Shown here piece after piece: positions 13,998-27,109 of a stretch of 64,000 nucleotides of DNA. Each line of letters starts with the position of its first letter. Position 1 is the first letter of the stretch. The translations under genes and the position numbers were made by a program. This DNA is from Mobula hypostoma. Its lineage: Eukaryota. The notes beneath the pieces were generated by a model. It saw nothing but the letters and a program-made list of their open reading frames with translations. It was not told the DNA's origin and did not search any database. The stretch spans positions 245,770,001 to 245,834,000 of the forward strand of contig NC_086097.1 in assembly GCF_963921235.1 (NCBI RefSeq), in the 5' to 3' direction.

Positions 13998-14628
13998 ACT
14001 CAGTGGCCACATTATTAGGTACCTCCTGTACTTAATAAAGTCACCACTGACAGTGTATGTTTGTGATCTTCTGCTGCTGTAGCCCATCCACTTCAAGGTT
14101 TGATGTGTTGTGTGTTCAGAGGTGCTCTTCTGCCACCACTGTTGTAATACGTGATTATTTGAGTTACTATTGCCTTCCTCTCAGCATGAATCAGCCTAGC
14201 CATTCTCCTCTGAACTCTCCTATTTTCGCCCACAGGGCTACTACTCACTGCTTTTTTTTTGCATCATTCACTGTAAACTGTCAATGGTTCCCATCCTGGG
14301 ATCCACAGACCCCTTGCTTAATGATATTGGTCCACGGCATAAAAAAGATTGCGAACCCCTGCTCTAGAGACTCTTGTGCATGGAAATCCCAGGAGATCAG
14401 CAGTTTCTGAGATACTCAAACCACCCATCTGGCACCAATAATCATTCCATGGTCAAAGTCACTTTGATCACATTTCTTCCTCATTTTGATGTTTGGTCTG
14501 AACAACTGAACGTCTTGACCATGTCTGCATGCTTTTGTGCGTTGAGTTGTTGCCACATGATTGGCTGACTAGATATTTGCTTTAACAAGCATCTGTACAG
14601 GCGTACTTAATAAAGTGCCCACTGAGTG
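13998..14628 (-). mobile_element. Tc1-derived element with a nested ~80 bp hAT-like MITE (14282-14360)
   Basis: Both TIRs present. The inner caatggttccc...aacccctg unit recurs at about 32430-32500 and 57404-57482. Confidence 0.8.
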
Positions 14629-15694
14629 TATATGTAATAATCTACCTCACTGACATTAAATCAACAGCCTTTTGCCCTGCAGTTGCTAATTTTTGGCAGA
14701 ATGGAATTTGAAAAATATCCTAATTAGCTGGCAGTTAATGTTGTGTAACCTTGGCAATACATTTTAATGGAAAGAATGTTTAATTTGTTGCTCTTTTGAT
14801 TGTTAATTTCTATGACCTCATAATGAAATTTCAGTTTTTAATTGAGATTTGATTCCTGCAATCCATATGTACCCACGTGGGTAAAATTGGAGCAGCTGAA
14901 TTTTGTTCAAAGTTTTGTAAGCAGCTTATGAGCTGTCTTCCAAAATGGCGGTCAGAGTCACCTCTGTCCTTGGAATGGTTGATCAGTACAATATATTTCA
15001 ACAAGCTCTCTGTTCCCACTGTTAAATACAATCAGTCAAGTCAAAGTAAAGTTAGTTACTTACTTACTGCCAGTTACACCACTGATGTTTAGGGCAGCAC
15101 TGAAGGTCCTCCATCTCTGGGGGGTGTTCAGGGCTTCCTTCATCGTGTCAGTAGCTTCCTCTTGGTTTTAACTACTGTCAGTCATGCGAGTCCCAGGTGG
15201 AGACTCAGGAATACCGCCGTACTCAGATGTAGAAGAGTTCTTCATTGTTGTTTCTGTAACAGTTTTGCTTTACCAGTCAGGGCTGTTAGCCCTGAGCTGA
15301 ATCCCTGATATCTTCCATACCTTGCTGCTATTCCATCACAGAAATTGGTTAAAAATTACTATTTTTATTATTTATTATTTATTTATTGAGATAAAGCATG
15401 GAACAGGCCTTTCTGGCCCTTCAAGCCACACTGCCCCAGCCATCCCCCAATTTAACCCTAGCCTAACCCTAGCCTGATCAATTTACAATGACCAACTAAC
15501 CTAGCAACCGGTATGTCTTTGAACTGTAGGAGGAAACCAGAGTATCCAGAGGAAATCCAGGTGGTCTCAGGGGGCACGTGCAAATTCCTACAGGCAGCGG
15601 TGGGAATTGAATCTGTGTCACCTGTACTGTGAAGCATTGTGGTCACCCTACTGAAGTCCATTCTCATTGTGTTATAATAAATTAAAACCACTTC

Positions 15695-16202
15695 ATTTGA
15701 CTGCCCATTCCCATTCTGATATGTCAGTCCATGGCCTCCTCTGCTGCCTCAGTGAGGCCACACTCAGGTTGGAGGAGCAACACCTCATATTCCATCTGGG
15801 TAGCCTCCAATATGATGACATGAACATCAATTTCTTTAACTTACAGTAATTTCTGACTTTTTCAATTCCCCTTCTAGTTTCACTCTCATCCCTTCTCCTC
15901 ACCTACCCATCACCACTCTTTGGTTACCTTCCTCTTTCCCTTTCTTCCATGGTCCATTGTTCTCCACATCTTCTTCAGCTCTTTACCTTTTCTTCCTATC
16001 TATTTCATCCCCTTACCACTGACCACCATCCCCCTCACCTATCACCTGCCAGCATGAACTCCATCCCTCCCCACATCTTCTTATTCTTTCTTCCCCCTTT
16101 CTTTCCAGTCCTGATGAAGGGGCTCAACCCAAAACATCAGCTGTTTATTCCTCTCCATAGATGCTGTCTGATATACTAAGTTCCTCCAGTACTTTGTGTT
16201 GC
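15695..16202 (+). mobile_element. Penelope 3' fragment/pLTR
   Basis: HSHSDMSVHGLL..LRLEEQHLIFHLGSLQ, then the pLTR with cagtcCTGATGA at about 16106. Confidence 0.8.
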
Positions 16203-16737
16203 ACCTTTTCATAGTTGACTCAATGGCTCAATGGTTCCATGAACTCCTGTTCTAACGAATCTGCCTTTACCATCACCTTGGCAGTACGTTCCACAAACCC
16301 ACCATTCTCTGTGTAAAAAAACTGTGTAAAAGATGAGTGGGCATAATTTTAAGGTGATTGGAGGAAAGTATGAGGGGGAGGGAATACCTCTGGTATCCCC
16401 CCCCTCATACTTTCCTCCAATCACCTTAAAATTATGCCCACTCATCTTAGCCATTTATGCCCTAGGAAAAAGGGACTAGCTGTCTATTGATCTATCCCTT
16501 AATTATCTTATCATCTTGTACACCTCTATCAATTCACCTCTCATCCTCCTTTGCCCCAAAGGGAAAAGCCATGGCTCGCTCAGAAGATACGCCCTCGTCT
16601 AAACATCATCCTACTAAATCTCCTCTGCACCCTTTCTTAAGCTTCCACATCCTTCCTATAGTGAGGTGACCAGAACTGAACACAGTGTGGTCCAAGTGTG
16701 GTCTAACCAGGGTTTTACAGAACTGTAACATTAACAT

Positions 16738-17019
16738 GGTCGGCTGGTGGCGCAGTGAGATCAGCGCCGGGCTCGAGAATAGAGGTTCCCGAGTTCGATC
16801 CAGTGACAGACAGCCCCCGTGCGTGCTCTCCATCCACGCCTGGTTGATGTCGAGCTTGCAACTTGGCCTCGTAAAATAAAACTCCGAAATGTCTGTGTGA
16901 GGAGTGGTGCCCCACACAGCTTTCAAACTGCGCCTTGTAAGGCATGAAGGTGCCTGGCACTGGCCTCTCAGGCCTGAGTCAACGTCGTCATCATCATCAT
17001 CATCAACGTTATCATCATC
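16738..17019 (+). mobile_element. tRNA-derived SINE with (CAT)n tail, nested in CR1
   Basis: A box tggcgcagtgag, B box gagttcgatcc, (atc)n tail, aacatta at both flanks. Confidence 0.7.
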
Positions 17020-17074
17020 AACATTACCTTGTGGCTCTTGTACTCAATCCCCTGACTAATGAAGGCCAATTCAA

Positions 17075-17376
17075 AGGCATCCATTAGTTTTGCGAGACCA
17101 TGGATCTGCGCCTGGAAAGTCCAGGGCACAGGCCTGGGCAAGGTTGTATGGAAGACCAGCAGTTGCCCATGCTGCAAGTCTCCCCTCTCCATGACACCAA
17201 TGTTGTCCAAGGGAAGGGCATTAGGACCCATACAGCTTGGCACCAGTGTCGTTGCAGAGCAATGTGTGATTAAGTGCCTTGCTCAAGGACACAACCATTG
17301 CCTCGGCTGGGGGCTCGAACTCACGACCTTCAGGTCGCTAGTCCAATGCCTTAACCACTTGGCCACGTGCCCACGT
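17075..17376 (-). mobile_element. tRNA-derived SINE
   Basis: Minus strand reads gtggccaagtggttaaggc...gagttcgagcccc (A and B boxes), followed by a non-tRNA body. Confidence 0.65.
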
Positions 17377-18041
17377 ACTGTGAAATTCCATAGAAATACT
17401 CCAAGTGTTGTGTTCAGTTCTGGTCACATTATTATAGGAATAAATTATTTGTGACAAACATTGTGCCTTATTCTTGTTGAACTGTGGGTTATTCTTCTTA
17501 TTCTTGCTCAGAATGTTCCGTGGAATTCTATGCATTCACCTGAGAGTAGAGGGCATAGTGAGTTCATTCAGAGATACATTATGGAATAGGCCCTTCCTAC
17601 CCTTTGAACCACACCGCCCAGCAACCCCCAACAACCCCAATTTAACCCTAAGCTAACCGTGGGACAATTTACAGTGAACAATTAACCTAAACCGGTATAT
17701 CTTTGGACTATGGAAGAAACTGGAGAAAATCCATGCATTCGACAGGGAGGATGTACGGAGACTCCTTACAGAGGATGCTGGGTTTGTAGTCCAAACTCCA
17801 AAGCCAGGAGCTGTAATTGGGCCACCGTGGAGCCCAATAAATCTTGTCAAAGGATCAAGGATCAACTTTATTCGCCATATACATTTACGTGTGTTTGCAA
17901 ATTGATGTGATGTGTTTGGCGTAACATGCAACAAAAACATTTAATAATTATACAGATTATTATGTACGGGTATCGATTATAACCTACGTGCCAATGACAA
18001 ACTGTGCCATCTTCATCAGGGATGATGCCTGGGCATCATCA

Positions 18042-18985
18042 TCTTCTCCTTCTTCTTCTTCTTCTTCTTCTTCTTCTTCTTCTTCTTCTTCTTCTTCTTC
18101 TTCTTCTTCTTCTTGTTTTACGGCAGTTGGCACCCAGCTTAATGCTGCATTACCACCACCTTCTGCTCCACAATGTGCAATAGACTTACATTCCAAATTC
18201 CTTCACACAATCATACACACATATATACCCTACATTTTATCCTTCCATTTTGGCTATCCTAGTACCCTATTCCTGCTTATTCATCATATCCTATAAAAAA
18301 CCCCTGTACCCCTTAAGAAAGCTAAAAATGCCCTGACCTGTGCTCTTTCACCCATGCCCAGCAACCCTTTTAATGTGAATTCCTGCACCCCCAATTCCCT
18401 TAGATTAATTCTCATCGTCTGTCTCTGTATCCCATACTTCCTGCAACTCAGAACTACATGTTCTACTGACTCCTCTTCCTGACATTCCTCACACAATCCT
18501 GTCTGGTGTTTCTCAATCATTTTCAATGTTTTGTTTAATGCTCAGTGTCCCAGCCTTAACCTAGTCCACACGGTCTCCTCTCTTCTGTATCCACCACCTA
18601 CCCTAGTACCTGCAACACTTGGACGAAGGGTCTCGGCCTGAAACGTCGACTGCGCTTCTTCCTATAGATGCTGCCTGGCCTGCTGCGTTCACCAGCAACT
18701 TTGATGTATGTTGCTTGAATTTCCAGCATCTGCAGAATTCCTGTTGTTTGTTACCTGCAACACTTTTTTGTTTTGATGTAAATGCCTCCCTTTCCCCTCC
18801 CTGTCCCATCTTTCTTGCCACATTTGGTTGATTTTTTCCCAGATTACACACTTAACCTCTGCTTTACTGATACTAATGTGCATTTCTATATTTTCTTTCT
18901 TTAACGCCCTCTATGCCAACTCATCCACCCTCTCATTCCCCTTCACCCCTACATGTGCTGGAACCCATAGAAATTTTATATCCCC
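18042..18985 (-). mobile_element. I-group (Nimb/I-like) LINE 3' end with RNase H and CCHC knuckle, (GAA)n tail
   Basis: Minus-strand WVPAHVGVKGNERVDELA (RNase H C-terminus) and CEECQEEESVEHVVLSC. The 3' tail is the (TTC)n run at about 18042-18113. Confidence 0.8.
18621..18751 (+). mobile_element. 131 bp Penelope pLTR-tail insertion with 14 bp TSD
   Basis: TSD tacctgcaacactt at 18607-18620 and 18752-18765. The insert begins inside the hammerhead core. Confidence 0.85.
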
Positions 18986-19634
18986 ATCGTCCATCCCTTC
19001 TGATTGGTCAGTCCTCATCCAATCAGGTTTCCACTCCCCCTGGCTTGTTTACAATCAAATTCCAGTTCTTGTTTAGAATGGGACTTTCGTCTTTGTTAAA
19101 ATTCTTTTCGTCTAGTGTTATTTGCTAAGTACCACCGGACTAGATGGAGTTTGTCATTGAAATGTCAGTTATAATCAATACTTGTACCCAGCTGGAAGTC
19201 CGAGATGAGTTAATTTGTCATATATGCCAGGAAAGCACTAGATCCTTTTTCATGGAATAAAATGTTCATAAATACATACGTACCTTCATGTAAAATGTAA
19301 AGAGCAATATAAATGTGGTTGAAATTGCTGTGGTGTGTTGGCATTACATACAATGAAAAATATTCAGCAATTATACAGAGTGACATAGTGTAGTAGCTAG
19401 CACAATGCCTTACAGTACCAGCAACCCGGGTTTAATTCCTGCAAGGACTTTGTACCTTCTCCCCATGACTGCATGGGTTTCCTCTGGGTGCTCTGGTTTC
19501 CTCCCACAGTCCAAAGACATACCGGTTAATAGTTAACTGGTCACTGTAAATCGACCCATGATCAGGCTGGGATTAAATCGGGGGATTGCTGGGTGGTGCA
19601 TCTCGAAGGGCTGGGAGGGCCTGTTCTGCACTGT

Positions 19635-19904
19635 CTGTCTGTCTGTCTGTCTAAGTACCATATCCGATGCAGACTTTGGTGACCATGGTTTTCCATATTG
19701 ATCTATCCTTCGTTTTTTGGATGTCTTCCATTTCCTCGATGTGTAGCCACCTGGCTATGCTTTTGATGTACATAAGCCGAGGTCTTCCTCTAGGTTTACT
19801 CCCCTCAATGAGTGTGAGTTTTTCTAGTTCATCTTTCCGCATGATGTGTCCCAGGAATCTGAGTTGTCTTTCTCTCATTGTTGGTATGAGTGATCGAACT
19901 GTAT
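19635..19904 (-). mobile_element. RTE-clade LINE 3' fragment inserted in a SINE tail
   Basis: RQLRFLGHIMRK..EGSKPRGRPR..DRSIWK with an (agac)n tail. TSD cct(g/a)ttctgcactgt at 19620-19634 and 19905-19919. Confidence 0.85.
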
Positions 19905-20769
19905 CCTATTCTGCACTGTATCCCAATAAATAAATAAAGTTACAAATACAGATCTGGAATAAAATGTGCGTAAATACATAAATACCAGCATGTATTTATA
20001 ATGTAAACAACATTATAAAAATTGGATTAAACTGTTTACAGTGCAGTGAGTGACTGGGTAATAGATTGAGGGAGGTGTGGAAGGGAAAGGAAACTAGAAT
20101 GGTTGATCAGATTAACTACTAGAGGAAAGAAACATTTAAGATGATGTGAAGGTTTTGTTTTAAGAGCCCTATAGCACCTTCTGGAAGGGAGCTTTTGGAA
20201 AAGGCAGTTTGCAGATGTCCACCAGACATCTACAGCACTGCAGCCTGCAGTCAGTACTAAACTAGACAATCTGCCTAATCGGTAAATCTGTTTCTCTGGA
20301 GTAAAAGATTAATGGGGGAACAAAAATAGTAAGGGAACGTTTAACATTTCTCGCTTCCAGTCAGTAATATTTTTAATGACGTTTATTGCATCTGGGATTT
20401 TCAAGGTTCTTATTAGATAACGTTCAGTTTTCTCAGCAATGGTGAATCGACTAAGCAAGAGTTTTGTGGGACACCTGAGCTCTCTTCACAGTGGTCACCC
20501 TGAGCACCTGTTTGCATGGTAACGATTAGCATTACTTATTAAATGTACATCGAAACATACGGTGAAATGTGTCCTTTGCGTCACCAACCAACGCTGTCTG
20601 AAGATGTGCTGGGGACAGCCCACAAGTGTCACCACGCCTCCGGAACCACAAATTACCAATCCTGACCCAGGTGTCTTTGGGAGGAAACCAGAGAAAGCCA
20701 CACGGTCATGGGGAGAACATACAAACTCCTTACAGAAGATATAGTGGGGAATGTCAGTTTTTTACACGG

Positions 20770-21385
20770 AGGATGGTGCATGTTAGCATTCATTTCAAGA
20801 GGACTAAAATATAAAAGCAAGGATGTGATGTTAATGTCTCACTTGGAGTACTGTGAGCAGTTCTGAGCGCCTTACCTAAGAAAAGATGTGCTGACATTGG
20901 AGAGGGTTCAAAGAGGTTTATGGAAGTGATTCTGGGATTGAAGGACTTGTCATAGAAGGAGCATTTTAATGGCTCTGGGCCTATATTCACTGGAATTCAG
21001 AAGAATGAGGGGTGACCTCATTGAAACCTATTGAAAGTTGAAAGGCCTCAACAGGGTGGATGTGGAAAGGATGTTTCCTAAGGTGGGAGAGATAATGACC
21101 AGAGGACACAGCCTCAGAATAGAGTCGCATCCTTTTGGAACAGAGATCAGGAGGAATTTCTTTAGCCACCGAGTGGTGAATCTGTGGAATTCATTGCCAC
21201 ACATGTCTGCGCAGGCTAAGTCTTTGGATATATTTAAGGCAGAGGTTGGTCAGGGCATGAAGGGATATGGGGAGAAGGCAGGAGTTTAGGGCTGAGTAGA
21301 AAAATGGATCAGCCATGATGAAATGGTGTAGCAGACTCGCTGGGCCAAATGACCTAATTCTGCTCCTATATTTTATGGTTTTATG
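20770..21385 (+). mobile_element. CR1 3' fragment
   Basis: RMRGDLIET..GLNRVDVERMFP..TRGHS..NFFSHRVVNLWNSLP with a ttatgg tail. Confidence 0.85.
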
Positions 21386-21476
21386 GGTTCTTGTAATGCC
21401 CTGCCACTTTTATATAAGAAACTTTTGTATAATAGACACATGGATAATAGAAGAATGCAGGGATATGTAGGAGGAA

Positions 21477-21691
21477 GCGCTGGACTGTGGTGTAGTGTCA
21501 TCTGCATCGGACTTCGAGACAAATGATCCCAGGTTCAAATCCGGCCGGCTCCTAGCACGCTTTCCATCCCTGTTGGGTTGAGCATTGAGCTAGTAACTAG
21601 GCCTTGTAAAAAGCTAGACAAATGCTAAAGAAATGGCAAGAAACGGCCGCTCGATGCTCCACAAAGCGCGGAACGGAACAACAACAACAAC
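21477..21691 (+). mobile_element. tRNA-derived SINE with (AAC)n tail
   Basis: A box tggtgtagtg, B box ggttcaaatcc, gtaggagg duplicated on both flanks. Confidence 0.7.
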
Positions 21692-21963
21692 GTAGGAGGG
21701 AAGGAATAGATTGATCGTGGAGTAGGTTGTAAGGTCAGCACAACATTGTGGGCTGAATGGCCTGTACTGTGCTGTAATATTCAGTGTTTGATGTACATGT
21801 GACAAGTAAAGCTAATCTTTATTTTGATATTTAAATTAAATTGAGCTATATGTTAATTGTTTTAAATATACTTTGACAGAACCAGCGGTATTTGAACATG
21901 CAAGGGGGAATTTTTCTTTGATTATCCCCCGGTAACCCTCTTCTGTACCTTGCTTTTACCTAG

Positions 21964-22180
21964 TCCTGCCCTCAGCTTTCCCTACCCTGCCACTCCAGTA
22001 GCCATTCAGCAAATGCATCACCAGATAATGAGCCGCCAGCAAAGTCTGGGTTCCGCCTTTGGCCACAGTCCTCCTCTCATCCACCCTGCTCCGACGTTCA
22101 CTCCGCAACGCCACGTGCCAGGCCTGCCCACCGTGCTGGCCCCCGGACAGATCTCCTCCGGTCCATCTGAACCTGCTCAG
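21964..22180 (+). CDS. GLI3: GLI3 internal coding exon (approx. human exon 8)
   Basis: Acceptor cttttacctAG at 21962-63 and donor GTAAGA at 22181. Encodes (S)[72 protein letters not shown], matching the GLI3 [23 protein letters not shown] segment. 217 bp, phase 2 to 0. Confidence 0.95.
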
Positions 22181-24404
22181 GTAAGAGAAAACAGGGACGG
22201 TGCTAATGGAACTGTGCTGGAAGCCCTTGTGGGGAGTAATTGGTTGTCTGTTGTATCCGATGATGACGGGGCACGAAGAAACCTATGCAGGAGAGTTTTT
22301 AAAGTACTGGGGCAGTTTCACTCTCTCGACCTTAGAAGTTTAGGTCCAGTGGTACAAGTAGCCATCACAACTGGGGACTTCCTTGGTTGCAGTGGACGTT
22401 TTCCATGTTTTGTCACCCCCTTCGCTCTTACAGTAACAGATAATTCAGAAACATGGCCAATTCAAAGGATTATGTTAAACCACATTAATGCACAGAAATA
22501 GGAACCAAAGTTTGCATAATGTTTACTTTATTATTTATGTTGTTTGAGAATAGTTTTGCAAGGAATTAGAATCAGGTTATTTTTATCACTGTCTTATATG
22601 CAAGCAATTCTGCAGATCCTGGAAATCCAGAGCAACACACACATAATGATGGAGGAACTCAGCAGGTCAGGCAGCATCCATGGAGGGGAATAAACAGTGG
22701 AGGTTTCAGGCCAAGTCCCTTCATCCTCTCCATGGACACTGCCTGACTTGCTGAGTTCCTCCAGCACCTTGTGCGTTACTCCCAGACGACATGAAATTTG
22801 TACAGTACAGTACAAAGCCATAGAAGTTAGTATAAATTATAAAATGAATAAATAGTATCAAAAGAAGGAATAATGAGGTAGTGTTCATGGGTTCATGGAC
22901 CATTCAGAAACCTGATGACGGAGGGAAAAAGTTGTTCCTCACTTGTTGAGCGTAAATCTGCAGGATCCTGTACCTCCTCCCTGATGAGGACATGTCCCAT
23001 ATAGAAATTTGTCAAAGTCTTTGGCAACATACCAATTCTCCTCCAATTCCTAATGAAGTAGAGCCTCTGGAGTGCCTTCATGATTCCTTCAATGTGTTGG
23101 GTTCAAGACCAATCCTCCAAGATGTCGAAGAAACTTAAAGGTGCTCACTCTTTCCACCACTGGGTCCTCCATGAGGGCTGGTGTGTGTCCCTTCAACTTC
23201 CCTTTCCTGAAGTCCACAATCAGTTCCTTTGTCTTGATGACATTGAGTTGTAACACCACTCAACGTCTGATCCATCATCTTGCTCTATGCCTCTTCATCA
23301 CCATACTGCTTTGAAGTGATAGTGCTGTTCAGTGTACTATGGTTATTGAAATACAACTTGAGTTGTATACAGCAGATCAGGCCGCATCCATGGAGAGGGA
23401 TAAGCAGTCGATGTTTTGAGCCGAGTTCTGAAAATGAAGGGGAAAGGAGCCAGAATAAGAGAGTTGTGGGGGGTTGGAGGAGGAGAGGAAGGAGTAGAAG
23501 CTGGTAGGTGATAGATAAAACCAGGTGAGGGAGAAGGTGGGTGGGAGAGGAGGGATGAACGGAGGAGCTGTGAAGGGAAAGGCGGAAGAGATAAAGGGGT
23601 GAAGAGGGAATCTGGTAGGAGAGGAGAGGGAGAGGGGACAATAGGAAAAAGGGAAGGAGGGGAACCAGAGGGAGGTAATGGGCAGGTGAGAAGAAGAGAA
23701 GGGCTGAGAGAGAAGCAGAAAGGAGGATGGAAGCCTCGTTTGCCTGGGTCACCTCCAACCTGATAGCATGAATGATAATTTCCCCCTCCTCCCCGCGTCC
23801 TGGCCTCCTGAATATTCACTACATTTCATTGTTGGCTAATCATGACAGAAATAGGCCAGAGACATTTTCAATTCAAGGAACAGGAGCAGAGACCATAAAT
23901 GGGGACGTGTGGATCTCTGTGGGCCGATGGTTTCTCAATGGACCAGAAACAGGTTTTATTTATTTATTGAGATACAGTGTGGAATAGACCCTTCCAGCCC
24001 TTCGAGCCACACCACCCAGCAATCATCGATTTAATCTTGACCTACTCACGAGAGAATTCACAATGACCAATTAACCTACTTTGGAATGTGGGAGGAAATC
24101 AGAGCACGTGGAGGAAACCCACACAGTCACAGGGAGAATGTACAAGCTTCTCACAGGCAGTGTCGAGAATTGAACCTGGGTCACTGGTCCTGTACGGCGC
24201 TGTGCTAACCACGTCAATACCCCTGCCATGCCATTCTTCGGTACCTCAGGCTATATTGTTCTTCTCCATAGATGCTTCCTGACCTGCTGGGTTACTCCAG
24301 CACTTTGTGTGTGTGTGGCTCCGGATTTCCAGCCTCTGCAGAACCTCTTGTGCACATGATTAGATTGTGTTCAATCACGTCTGAAGTTTCTCACGTCTTT
24401 CTAG

Positions 24405-24518
24405 AGCAAGCCAACCAGCGAGTCGGCGGTGAGCAGCACTGGTGACCCCATGCAAAACAAGCGCTCGCGGATTAAAGCTGACGAGGAGCTGCCGAGCCCA
24501 GGCGGAGGGAGTGAGCAG
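24405..24518 (+). CDS. GLI3: GLI3 internal coding exon (approx. human exon 9); absent from ORF track
   Basis: Acceptor tctttctAG and donor GTACAG. 114 bp encoding [38 protein letters not shown] (GLI3 [12 protein letters not shown] motif), phase 0-0. Confidence 0.95.
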
Positions 24519-27109
24519 GTACAGTGACGACTTCATTAATCAGCACCACCCCCACCACCACATCACCTCGTAGCAGATGCATTCTATAATACATGCAACT
24601 TCTATCAGAGTGCTCAGGGACCAATTACAGAAACGGTCTTGTCCTTCATGTTGTTTGCTTTCCTTGTAATACGAAGGTGATTAAATATAGAATTTAAATT
24701 TGTAGTGCAGCTTCGAGAGGTGCCTTGGATACACTGAGGTGATCTTGCCACTTTCGGTGTAAGTCATCGTGGCCTTGAATCTGAAATGAATTTGCAATTC
24801 AAGTGGATCTTTATAACAAGAAATAGAACAGCCGCTCATGCAAATATTTAAGTCACCGTTGCCAATCAGTGCAGAAGGAGAACAGAACATTGTACGGTAT
24901 GGCGGTTGTCCACTGTGTTCGAGGATGACTGGAGACCTGTGAGAAAGATTTTTTAAGTGGAAAAGCCGTTGCACTGGGGCAATTCCAATCTCTCGCCCTC
25001 AGAAGACCGGGTCAGGTATGAACAAGCATCACAAACTGGGGTCTTCCTTGGCTGCAGTGGATGACCATGACATCTTCTGTGCCTTGTCATGCCCTTTGCT
25101 CTCCACGGAGTGTGGCAAAACTGCCTCCCTGGCCGTTGAATCCCATTGTAGGTCCGCCCGGTCCGCCAGAGCTGACTTTGCTCGCTCAGGCGGGCATGTC
25201 CCTATCTCACCTGGGGTACGAGGTCTGCCGGCTACCCTCACTCGGTTTAGCCCACCTGCCGCAGCAGCGTACTGGGGTTCGGCCGCTGTCGCATGCAGAC
25301 AGCTGCTTGGAGCCACAGGTGAGAGCTGAGTGTCTAGCGGGAAGCAACGGTGAGTGAGCTGTCCCCAGAATGGACACAAGAAACCCTTCGCCCAGAGGTG
25401 ATGCCCCTCTCTGAACACCCCATATACCCCATCTAGAATATTACAGCACAAGCCCCTCAGTCCACGACATCGTGCCGACCTTTTAACCTGCCCTAAGATC
25501 AATCTAACCCATCCCTCCAAGATAGCCCTTCATTTTTCTATCATCCATGTGCCTATCCAAGAGTTTCTTAAACATCCCTCATTCATCTGCTTCTACTACC
25601 ACCCCTGGCAGGGCATTCCATGAACCCACCACTCTCTTTGTAAAGAAATGAAACTCCGACATCCACCCCCCCACACACAAGACCTTAAAATTATGCCAAT
25701 TTTGCACCCTGGGAAAAAAGTCTCCGGTTGTCCACTCGGTCTGGGCCTCTTGTACACCTCTATCGAGTCACCTCTCATCCTCCTTCCATCCGAAGAGAAA
25801 AGCTCTAGTTTACTCAAGCACATAAGACATGCTCTCTAATCCAAGCAGCACTTCTGAAGCCTCTCTAAAGCTTCCACATCCTTCCTATAATTAGGTGACC
25901 AGAAACAAATGCAATATTACAAGCGTGGTCTCACTCAACCTATCTTCATTAGACGTGCCCTCTAATCCAGGCAGCATCCTGGTAAATTTCCTCTGCACCC
26001 TCTCCAAAGCTTCCAAATCCTTCCTATAAAGAGGTGATGAGAACTGGACACAATATTCCAAGTGCAGTGATGTTATTGCTTGGGTCCAAAGCATTGCTAG
26101 ATAAATGAGTTTTGCAATTCAGGTGATTAATCTTGGATGGTGCCTAGATTAGAGAGGATGCCTCGTGAGGAAAGGTTGAGCGATCGAGCTCTTTTCTCTT
26201 TGGAATGAAGGAGGATATGAGGTGACTTGATAGGAGGTGTATAAGATGATAAGAGGCATAGACCGAGTGGACAGACAGACCTTGTCGCAGGGCAGAAGTG
26301 GCTAATACAAGGTGATTGGAGGAAAGTATAGGGAGGGATGTCAGAGGTAGGTTATTTACACAGAGACTGATGGGTGTGTGGAACATCCTGCCAGGGGCAG
26401 TGGTAGAGGTTTATACATTAGGAACATTGAAGAAATTAATAGATAGGCACATGGATGATAGGAAAATGGCAGGCTATTAGGATAGATGAGATTGATCTTA
26501 GAGTGGGTTAGAAAGTTCAAAACCATGGGCAAAATGACCTGTATTGCTATCGTGTTCAAAGTACTATACATTAAATGTACATTTGCCAGCTTAAAAATCT
26601 TTCAAAGTGATTTTTCTTCAATGGTGTGCTAAAATCTTAAAAGCAGACCACCACTAACTCCCCAGTTAGATGGGTACTCTTTTATTTTTAGAATAGCCTG
26701 CTTATATTTAGAAATTTTGGCTGATTCTGTAAACTGCCTCCTGTGATGTCTTTTTCAAAAACAAATTGTTCCCGGTTATCATCAGCTGTTACCGCCAGCT
26801 ACACATTAATCAACCCTGTGTAGTCTTCTGGAGTGTATGATGTTGTTTTGTGGCAGAGAATATTTTATTTTTATGCAATAATTTGAACATGTTTGTCATC
26901 AGCTTTCACAAATGAAACATGAAGGTTTAACTTTTACAATAGTTTACACTGCACACAGATCTTATAACCTCACAGGAAATGGTCCTCAAGCAGTTCTGTC
27001 AGACCCTACAAGCTTCCCGCCCCCATATGAAACACAGTTTTAGTTTTTGAAAAGAAATAAAAGACAGCCTAAGGCAATGTGGGCACACACTATGAATCCT
27101 TGGCAGCCG

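Noticed and set aside
17305..17376. tRNA-like sequences (also at 16738 and 21477)
   Set aside because: They have A and B boxes but no convincing complete cloverleaf and are joined to SINE bodies and tails, so they were treated as SINE heads.
17984..18296. Poly-Glu / poly-Ser ORFs
   Set aside because: These are translations of the (GAA)n tail of a LINE.
22181..22501. C-terminal extension of ORF 21950-22501, and likewise the ORF extensions around the other exons
   Set aside because: GLI3 similarity stops at the canonical GT donors; the remainder is intron.
24543..24562. caccaccca resembling a GLI-binding site next to an exon
   Set aside because: Not a full GACCACCCA match, and it lies in a low-complexity C-rich context.
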